DNA of 64,000 nt from assembly GCA_030431975.1 (NCBI GenBank), contig JAUIHP010000007.1, forward strand, positions 66,554 through 130,553, written 5' to 3'. The first letter of the stretch is position 1. Each line of letters opens with the position of its first letter. Of the stretch, positions 39,501 to 45,930 are shown in pieces. The translations under genes were made by a program, and so were the position numbers. Origin of the DNA: a bacterium. GTDB taxonomy: Bacteria; Eisenbacteria; RBG-16-71-46; CAIMUX01. Below the pieces are notes generated by a model. The model saw only the letters and a program-made list of their open reading frames with translations, searched no databases and was not told where the DNA came from.

Positions 39501-39834
39501 GCCCTTCCATGGACCAGATGCGGGCGTCCGGCGGTACCGACACGTCGCGGCCGACCGCCTCGATGACGCCGTCGCGAAGGACGATCGTGCCGTCTTCGAT
39601 GAGTTGCCCGGGGGTGGGCACGATGCGTGCACCGACCAGAGCGTGAACCCTCGGCCCCTCGTTGAACGATAGGTATGGCGTCGGATCTGCGTCCGCCAAC
39701 GTCGTCCCGAGGCCGAGAGCCAGAAGAAGACACAAGGCCTGAAGACTCCACCGACGAATGGCTTCGGACTTTGAGCGTCTAGTTGTCCGTGCGAACGAGA
39801 ACGAATCGGATTCGTGTGCAGGATTCCACCGCAT
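36562..39834 (-). CDS. Secreted tandem-domain amidohydrolase (imidazolonepropionase-like)
   Basis: Two amidohydrolase domains: first with degenerate metal motif (PGLIEPY), second with PGLMDCHSH, KFALGEN, HCHSY, FQHILEG and GSLEVGKDAD; His-rich tail. Start approximate. Confidence 0.9.
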   Translation of the reverse strand: MRWNPAHESDSFSFARTTRRSKSEAIRRWSLQALCLLLALGLGTTLADADPTPYLSFNEGPRVHALVGARIVPTPGQLIEDGTIVLRDGVIEAVGRDVSVPPDARIWSMEGLTVYPGLIEPYLRASRLEKEAKKEPPHQGPPEEPPVPGRGHPHPRVHPETNVTTGRDFTAKDWEAFHQLGFTTAYLVPDDGIFRGRGTLLSLREGRATDVELRPSNGQCLAFDMGSGPDDYPRSMMGVVALMRQTLLDAQHHLDAANIYDSNPRGQERPEQNESLDALARTVQGLENVFLETDDVLATLRAGQVSREFGLRTVLRCSGEEYRYLQEVQDLGYPLIVPVAFPDAPWIEDELAAHDVSIESLRSWDRAPSNPASLARAGIKFALTTDRLRKPDFLPRMIRAAQSRGLDAETVLRAFTTEAARTHGVLDRVGTIEKGKIANLTVTDGELFALGTRVRTVWVDGHPQEVGMSEADRKKPQGLWRLESIAGADTGADTGAEASWLQIEGEGDSLMVSWSKDLGDAVQPRVAATFVDTVIAASDTLDIRWNENDAGLELLFLRDAYLDGRQGFFTVNGQVQRIRGVRLQGPPPPAKEQKKEKPLDPETPAAFTEGPIETPTEVLVQGATLWTCGPDGIIENADLLVRNGKIAAVGTGLSASSSAQVVDGAGLHVTPGLMDCHSHSMIVGGVNEWTLSSSAMVRIGDVVNSRTTHIYRQLAGGLTLANLLHGSANPIGGQNAVVKLRWGATPEQMKLQGAPPGIKFALGENVTQRSWGDAYKTRYPKSRMGVEQWMRERFLAAIDYAEEWKRYGALSRKIKAQTIPPRRDLELDALVEILNGERFIHCHSYRQDEILMLMRLAESFGFRIRTFQHILEGYKVADEMAEHGAMGSTFSDWWAYKPEVYDAIPHAAAIMHDRGVNVTMKSDSSELARRMNLEGTKAIKYGGVDPEEALKMVTLNVATQLGFDQRLGSLEVGKDADFAVWNGSPHSTGSICVQTWVDGHLYFDRDVDLERRDLLAEERKTLIAKARKTGVPSRDKAQGPPTASSYALSHTHQYTCGHDHGDEAGAGADVGLGGTIHSERYGYDFSGGRK
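38347..38378. repeat. In-frame 12-bp tandem duplication (GADT repeats)
   Basis: ggccccggtatc x2 plus an 8-bp partial copy, in the interdomain region of the amidohydrolase. Confidence 0.8.
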
Positions 39835-39990
39835 CGATGGACGACTCCTCTCCCAGTGAGAATCGTGGATGGACGGAACAAGCGCGGCGCGTCCATTCGG
39901 ATTGTTGATCGGGGGAGAGGCTAGCAGAAGGACGGGTGGCGAGCGAACTCGCCGTCCCGAAGGAGGAAATCCCCACACAACATACGTGTC

Positions 39991-40186
39991 TTAGCCCTAA
40001 TTGGGCAAAACTCGTCGGCGCAAACCGCCTTTGGCTCGCGCCAGAGCACACCATTCGCGGCCGTGCTCGCCTTCGCCAATGCTCACCTAGGCTGGGCTAG
40101 GCTCCGCTTGGCTCAGGCTGCGCGCGGCCCCGACTGGTGCACTCTGACGCGTTTTCGCTCGACGATTTTTGCCCAATCAGGGTTAG
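39991..40186. mobile_element. MITE-like long imperfect hairpin element A (196 bp)
   Basis: Left end TAGCCCTAATTGGGCAAAACTCGTCG vs reverse complement of right end TAACCCTGATTGGGCAAAAATCGTCG (23/26); TTAG at both ends; pairing continues inward (ccagagcacacca/tggtgcactctga, cctagg/ctagg); no transposase. Confidence 0.75.
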
Positions 40187-40230
40187 AGACTAGGGTCAGA
40201 AATGACATTTCTAGAAGGTATCCAACTGAG

Positions 40231-40570
40231 CTACGGGAGCAGTGTGGCCGCCTGAAATCGCTTTCGGACCGCCCGAGTCGCCTCGGGGCTGTTGTGCCGC
40301 GAAGCCACACCTCGAACGCATCTCTATGCCGAGACACGTGGTGGCCGTAGAGCGCCGCCTCTAAGCATGCTCGGAGCAGCGCGTAGGATTCCATCACCTG
40401 TCCACTCAGGACCATCCGGAGCGCGCCGAGATAGCTGCTATGGGCTCGGAGTAGAAAGAGCCCCGCCAAAGATCGGTCAGAGTTGTCGAGGTGCGCCGCG
40501 AACTCATTCTGGCGCGTCAGATTCAGGAACTTGGTAACCCATCAGTTCCCCAACCTTTCGGCTCTTCCAT
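40231..40570 (-). pseudogene. Frameshifted, truncated hypothetical gene (helical, DUF5677-like by recall)
   Basis: ATG 40570 gives MEEPKGWGTDG, shifts to VTKFLNLTRQNEF...LLRAHSSYLGALRMVLSGQVMESYALLRACLEAALY, shifts again at ~40299 to RHNSPEATRAVRKRF, then TAG. Confidence 0.55.
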
Positions 40571-40832
40571 TACCCGCCTTTAAGGTCGGCGTTCTCGGCG
40601 GCATCACACCTCCAGATGCGCACGAAGCGCGGCATCCGTCGCCAGGCAAAGCTGAAGGAGCTCTCCGATGGCGTAACGGGCTAGATGCAGAATGTTCGAG
40701 TAGGGATCGTTTCGAGCACACTCGCTCTTCCTTACCTGTCGGCCGGAGTCCGTCTTGGCCGATGAGTCCTTCGGTCACGACGAGAACGTCCGTTCCCACG
40801 GGGATCTCTCGTTGGCGTCGGTCACAGTTCAT
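40542..40832 (-). CDS. Small hypothetical protein, possibly a degenerate zinc-finger
   Basis: Strong GGAGGTGA SD before ATG 40832; CDRR...EGLIG...CSKRS looks like CxxC...CxxxC with two Cys lost. Confidence 0.35.
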   Translation of the reverse strand: MNCDRRQREIPVGTDVLVVTEGLIGQDGLRPTGKEERVCSKRSLLEHSASSPLRHRRAPSALPGDGCRASCASGGVMPPRTPTLKAGNGRAERLGN

Positions 40833-40979
40833 GATCTCACCTCCGTTCTGAGTCGTGCGGGGTCGGGTTCATGAGGTTTGAACTGGAACGCCTGGGACCC
40901 CGAAAACCTGGGCTCTTGGGCCCCGCCCGAGCTGCTCGGCGAAGCCCGGGCGAATCAGGGCAACGGTTAAGAACCCGCC

Positions 40980-41517
40980 GTGACCCCGTACAACCATGTC
41001 ACGCAGCGCAGAAGAAACGTATTGTCCTCGACGTCAATCGACGACCGAGCGACACCGTGCCAAGAACTGCAGCCGTACCGGGTGAGTGTCCGACTCGTGC
41101 GGGAGAGAACGGACGATCCGATCCTCTGCAATCAGCGGGAACCGATCAGACGACCCGAGCAGGTCCGCGACCTTTGACCCAGGCAGGTACACTGGACCGG
41201 GAGGTCTTCTATTGCCCTCCATCTCGACACGCGACACCGCCTCATCTCGTACGAAGCAGTCAGCACCGGATCGCTCAATGCTTCGATCGTCCACCCCCGT
41301 GAAAGTCTATAAAGCCGCGATCCTCAGCTCAGCAGCAGCGATCATCGTCGCACACAACCACCCCAGCGGCGACCCGACCCCGTCACAGGACGACATCGAA
41401 ATCACGGGGCGCCTGCACGAGGCAGGGGAGCTGCTCGGAGTCGAGCTACTCGACCACGTTGTAGTTGCTACAGGCGGCTATCGAAATCTTCAAGTGAACT
41501 CACTGAGCGGAGGGTGA
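40980..41517 (+). pseudogene. radC: RadC (JAB domain) pseudogene with three frameshifts
   Basis: Pieces YRVSVRLVRE...IRRPEQVRDL / TQAGTLDREVFYC / LHLDTRHRLISYEAVSTGSLNASIVHPRE / VYKAAIL...AHNHPSGDPTPSQDD...LLDHVVV lie in different frames; shifts at ~41173 (TTT), ~41215 (CCC) and ~41302 (AAA). Confidence 0.9.
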
Positions 41518-41754
41518 CGAAGGTGCTTCGCCTAACGTACACGCTATCAGTCATTTAGGTGCTGTGGCGCCGTTTGCCGCACCTGTCCGGCGCGACCGGT
41601 GGCGGATTACCCGAACAACGCTCTTCCTTCCGAAGACCTGAAGTGGCAAGTTCTTTCGGTGATCTGCCGAATCCTTGTCTAAGCTGGGCTACACAACCAC
41701 CGGGCCTTGAGGCGAGGCGTCCGTGATGGCGTCGGCCGCACAGACACCCGGCCC

Positions 41755-43017
41755 ATGGGACACGCCAACGAGATGGTTCCCAAGAACGTCAACAGCAAGA
41801 GCAAGCTGGGCCGCGGCGGCTCGAAGGATGCCGCGGGTTCCGATCTTGGATTCTCCCTCCAGCGAACTCGGTTCCTTGCTCGGCTCCTTGAGGCGGAGCC
41901 CGGTGATACTGTGTGCCTCGAGGTCTTCGATGATGTGCGCGTAGAGACGCACGACGGCCAAGTCCTGGCTGAGGAAGACAAGAGCTCGGTTTCTGGAAAC
42001 GCACTAACCGACCGCTCCGTGAATCTATGGAAGACCCTGGCGAACTGGGTAGTTGCTGCGCAAGAGATCGATATCTCTGCGACACGGTTTGAGATTTACC
42101 TCGGCCGTCCGGGTGGCGGGTCCTTTAGCAATCTGTTCAAGGCAGCCGGAACGACGGAAGAGGCTATTGCCGCGCTAGAGACTGTCCGCAGCGACCTCTG
42201 GGGACCAGGACCCCGCTACCCCACGCGCGGCGAGGTAGCCGACTCCATAGCTGGTTACGTGGAGACTGTGTTTGGGAGCATAACAGTCTCCGCGCAGATC
42301 ATAGCGCAACTAGACATCGAGGTTGGATCCGGGGACCAGCACGCAGATCTCAAGCCGATCTTTCTCTCCAAGCTGGTGAGTGATGACGCCCTAAGCGACG
42401 TTGCACAATGGTCCCACGGCTGGGTAAAGACCAGAATTGACCGCTTGAGCGAGAAGAAGCAACCAGCGAGGATCAGCCGGGATGAGTTCCACCGGGCGCT
42501 ATTGAACTTCGTCCGTGCCCACGACCGCCTCGACATACTTCATAGTTTCGCCGGTCGGCCCACCCCCGCGCAGGTTCACAGCGAACGACTGCGGAACTAC
42601 GTTGCGCAGCTCGAAATCGTGGACGAAGACGACGTTTCTATCCTTGGTGCTATCAATGACTACCTGATGGCCGCCGCCGACCGAACTGCATGGGCTGACC
42701 GTGGAGACATTGATCCTGCGGCTTTCGGGCGCCTCGAAGGGGACCTAGAGCGAACCTGGTCGAATCTCAAGAAACAGGTCTCGATCGAGCACAACAAGAA
42801 GTCCCCAATGGATCGAGGACGGCTTGTTTGCCTGAAATGCCTTCAACATCGGTTCGAACTGGGCGGGCTAGCACTTCCAACTCACTTTGTGCCCGGCAGC
42901 TTTCATGCTCTCTCCGACGATCTCCGGATCGGCTGGCATCCTGACTACCGCCATCTTCTCAAGACCCACAAGAGCCGATGGACTCCAGAAATGGTGACTG
43001 CTGATGGCGACGCTTGA
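41755..43017 (+). CDS. lmuA: Lamassu/ABC-3C effector LmuA: Cap4-like PD-(D/E)xK endonuclease plus ABC-3C C-terminal domain
   Basis: DAAGSDLGFSLQ...EVFDDV...EEDKSS...LTDRSVNLWKTLANW (nuclease); C-terminal GSFHALSD...IGWHPDY. Start at 41755 or 41773. Confidence 0.85.
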   Translation: MGHANEMVPKNVNSKSKLGRGGSKDAAGSDLGFSLQRTRFLARLLEAEPGDTVCLEVFDDVRVETHDGQVLAEEDKSSVSGNALTDRSVNLWKTLANWVVAAQEIDISATRFEIYLGRPGGGSFSNLFKAAGTTEEAIAALETVRSDLWGPGPRYPTRGEVADSIAGYVETVFGSITVSAQIIAQLDIEVGSGDQHADLKPIFLSKLVSDDALSDVAQWSHGWVKTRIDRLSEKKQPARISRDEFHRALLNFVRAHDRLDILHSFAGRPTPAQVHSERLRNYVAQLEIVDEDDVSILGAINDYLMAAADRTAWADRGDIDPAAFGRLEGDLERTWSNLKKQVSIEHNKKSPMDRGRLVCLKCLQHRFELGGLALPTHFVPGSFHALSDDLRIGWHPDYRHLLKTHKSRWTPEMVTADGDA

Positions 43018-43507
43018 TCGCGAAACGCAGCTTGTGCAGAATCCCGCTCTTGGCGCGGGCATCGTCTGGAGACTATCTGTAGGGTATCGCGAGAATCATC
43101 GTACCCATGGTCACCTTCCTCTACCACTCGCGTTCTTGGCTATTCCACTCCTGTATCACTCCGAAACACATCGTATCATCCAATCCACCCAGCGGCGAAC
43201 CGGCCTGCGAGCGTTTGTGGATAAATGTAAAGCGCCGAAGGAGAACAGGAGTGATTTGATTTTCGGACTTCATGATCGGAGCAGGCACTTCCGTCCACTT
43301 ACGTGGAGTTCACTTCGTATTGCTGTCGAGACTTGCCTAGTGTCAGTCGACCCCGCAACCGCTATGATTGTACCGACCAGCACGACAGAGCCAAGAGGCC
43401 TTCCATCTGACACTCGATCGCACCTACGAAACGCAAGCAAGATCGGTGCCTGGTTCTCAGAGTTAACTGTGTATGAAGTGAGTACAATTCTGCGAGTTAG
43501 ATTCTGA
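43004..43507 (+). CDS. lmuC: Lamassu/ABC-3C middle component LmuC
   Basis: VQNPALGA...LPLAFLAIPLLYH...ASKIGAWF; lies between the effector and ATPase genes. Confidence 0.87.
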   Translation: MATLDRETQLVQNPALGAGIVWRLSVGYRENHRTHGHLPLPLAFLAIPLLYHSETHRIIQSTQRRTGLRAFVDKCKAPKENRSDLIFGLHDRSRHFRPLTWSSLRIAVETCLVSVDPATAMIVPTSTTEPRGLPSDTRSHLRNASKIGAWFSELTVYEVSTILRVRF

Positions 43508-45487
43508 ATGCTGTTTCAGCTGAAGAAAGTAGTGCTTTGGCCGCGGAAGCCCGGGCTAGAGCCCAGGGTCCTCAACTTCCTCTCGGCAGCGGTAAACGTG
43601 ATTAGCGGGGCGTCGAAGACGGGGAAATCCGCGATCATTCCGATTGTCGACTACTGTCTTTGTAGCAGCGAGTGCAAGATACCGGTTGATGTTATCCGCA
43701 ACACGTGTGGGTGGTTCGGAATCGTCATTCAGACCGCAGACGGCGAGAAGCTTCTCGCTCGTCGAGAACCGGGCGACCAACAATCAACTGGCGATATGTT
43801 CTTCGCAGAAGATCGTACCGAAGTTGAGATACCCTTCGAGATCGATGCCAAGAACGCCACGGCCGACCGACTGCGAAAGTACCTCGACGAGCTTTCGGGC
43901 CTCTCGAATCTGGATTTCGATCTCGCCGATACCCAGAGTGGGTTCCGCGGGCGTCCTAGCTTTGGCGATATGAAGGCGTTCTGCTTTCAACCGCAGAACA
44001 TCGTAGCGAATCCGGACGTGCTCTTCTTCAAGGCGGATACCTATGAACATCGCGAGAAGCTCAAGACAGTCTTCCCATATGTTCTCGGCGCGGTTACCCC
44101 AGCGATACTCGCGGCGCAGCACGAAGAACGCCTTCTGAAGCGCGAGCTTCAGAAGCGGGCAAGGGACCTCGCAGTCCTGCAGCAGGCCTCGACGCGCTGG
44201 CAGGCCCAGGTCCGATCCTGGGCGATGGAGGCTAGGGATCTGGGGCTCACCGAGCAAGTGTCAGACGATGCCTCTTCGGAGGCCCTGATTACATTGCTCC
44301 GCGAACTACCTGAAGTGCGCGGGACGACGAGCCCTACCTCCGAGGGAATCAACGACGTCATTCAGGAGGTCATCTCCCTTCGTGCGGAGGAGTCCGACGT
44401 TGCTGGGCGTCTGTCTGCACTTCGAAGGCGTCTCGAAGAGATGTCCAAACTGCGGGAGAGCTTGGCCGCCTTCCAGGCTGCACTAGAAACCCAACGCGAC
44501 AGACTCTCAATCTCTTCGTGGCTTCAGTCCTTGGTCTCGGAAGAAACCGGTTGTCCACTATGTCACAGCTCCGTGGCATCCGGGGGGACGGAGCTTGACG
44601 AACTCTGTCGATCGTTAGCCGGCGTTGAACGGGACGCGAATCTCATGCATCAAACGCCAGCGTCATTTGATCGAGAGCTTCTCCGTGTCAAGGAGGAGAT
44701 CCAGAATGCTACCGAAAGCCTGCGTGGCGTGCGGCTGAGATTGGCGAGTGCCGAGGAACGGACCGCGGCCGCGAGGACGAATCGGTACCAGGCAGGGCTC
44801 ATCGATCGCTTTCTTGGCCGCGTGGAACAAGCGCTGACAGCCTACGATGCTAGTGCGAGCGACAGCGAGTTGGCAGCCGAAGTGGATGAGCTTCGGTCAC
44901 GACTACATGCCGTGCAACGGCGCTTCTCGCAGAGCAGTATCGACCGGAATATCGAGAACGCAATCACGCGTTTGACGACCTTGGTTGCAGGAATCCTCCC
45001 CAACCTGGACGCTGAGCGGCCTCGCGATCCGGTCGTTCTCTCCATTAAAGATCTCACTGTCCAAGTTCTTGGCGGAAACCGCCGTGACTACCTCTGGGAG
45101 ATTGGCAGTGGCGCCAACTGGCTTTCGTACCACGTCGCCGTTCTGGTCGCACTTCACGAGTTCTTTTTGGGTCTTGATCACTCCGCGGTGCCCGGGCTCC
45201 TCGTTCTTGATCAACCAAGTCAGGTCTATTTCCCTCGCCGTCTCACTCCGGTAAGGGATGACGCCACAGAGGAGTCCGATCCAACTTTCTCTGATGAGGA
45301 CGTCGAAGCTGTGAGGATGGTGTTCGAAGCTCTTGATGCGGCCATCGAGAGCTCGCGTGAGCAACTGCAGTTTCTCGTTCTCGATCACGCTGGCGAAGAC
45401 GTGTGGCGCGGTCTTCCAAACGTGCACTGCGTGGAAGAGTGGCGGGACGGACGGGCCTTGATTCCAGAGGACTGGTTAACCTCATAG
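43508..45487 (+). CDS. lmuB: Lamassu/ABC-3C SMC/Rad50-like ATPase LmuB (DUF3732)
   Basis: Walker A GASKTGKS, FQPQN, coiled coil with CPLC zinc hook, signature GSGANW, Walker B LVLDQPSQVYFP, DHA, ALIP..W. Confidence 0.93.
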   Translation: MLFQLKKVVLWPRKPGLEPRVLNFLSAAVNVISGASKTGKSAIIPIVDYCLCSSECKIPVDVIRNTCGWFGIVIQTADGEKLLARREPGDQQSTGDMFFAEDRTEVEIPFEIDAKNATADRLRKYLDELSGLSNLDFDLADTQSGFRGRPSFGDMKAFCFQPQNIVANPDVLFFKADTYEHREKLKTVFPYVLGAVTPAILAAQHEERLLKRELQKRARDLAVLQQASTRWQAQVRSWAMEARDLGLTEQVSDDASSEALITLLRELPEVRGTTSPTSEGINDVIQEVISLRAEESDVAGRLSALRRRLEEMSKLRESLAAFQAALETQRDRLSISSWLQSLVSEETGCPLCHSSVASGGTELDELCRSLAGVERDANLMHQTPASFDRELLRVKEEIQNATESLRGVRLRLASAEERTAAARTNRYQAGLIDRFLGRVEQALTAYDASASDSELAAEVDELRSRLHAVQRRFSQSSIDRNIENAITRLTTLVAGILPNLDAERPRDPVVLSIKDLTVQVLGGNRRDYLWEIGSGANWLSYHVAVLVALHEFFLGLDHSAVPGLLVLDQPSQVYFPRRLTPVRDDATEESDPTFSDEDVEAVRMVFEALDAAIESSREQLQFLVLDHAGEDVWRGLPNVHCVEEWRDGRALIPEDWLTS

Positions 45488-45574
45488 CAGGGCTCCGGCC
45501 CCACTCTCGACTGTTCAGGCCCCTCGTGCTCGCTCACTTGGTTCTAGTCGAGAACCCCATCTCCTGAGGGAATG

Positions 45575-45758
45575 CTAGCCCGAACTATTCATGAAGGTCT
45601 ACTGCGATGACGAATCTGCCCACAGCTACCGCGTTGCGCTTGCCCTCACTCCTCGACGTAGTGCATCGGCTACGCCTGCGTTGTTCGGGCTGCGCGCGCC
45701 TTGTATCTGCGGCCATCTTCGCCATCTCGCTACGACCTTGATGAATAGTTCGGGCTAG
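45575..45758. mobile_element. MITE-like long imperfect hairpin element B (184 bp)
   Basis: Left end CTAGCCCGAACTATTCATGAAGGTC vs reverse complement of right end CTAGCCCGAACTATTCATCAAGGTC (24/25); CTAG at both ends; pairing continues to an apical gacgtag/ctacgcc stem. Confidence 0.8.
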
Positions 45759-45930
45759 GCTGTGTGAAAAACATACGTTGGGACCGTCTACAGGTAGGTG
45801 CTACGGAGCAGCATCTCAGCATCTCATCCGCGAGCAGCCGGTCCGGATCTCCTTTGACTCAGGGCGATTCACGATGGATGTCGGCACGAGTTCGAACGTC
45901 AATGCACATCGAGGCGAGCCCGGATGCTTG

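Noticed and set aside
41522..41562. dif/pdif or attC site upstream of Lamassu (GCTTCGCCTAA CGTACA..., GCCTAAC...TTTAGGT)
   Set aside because: Only a XerC-like half is present with no XerD arm; too short for attC and lacks a GTTRRRY end; no integron integrase.
39835..45930. tRNA-anchored prophage or ICE attachment sites around the island
   Set aside because: No tRNA-like cloverleaf, integrase or long direct repeat was seen at either edge.
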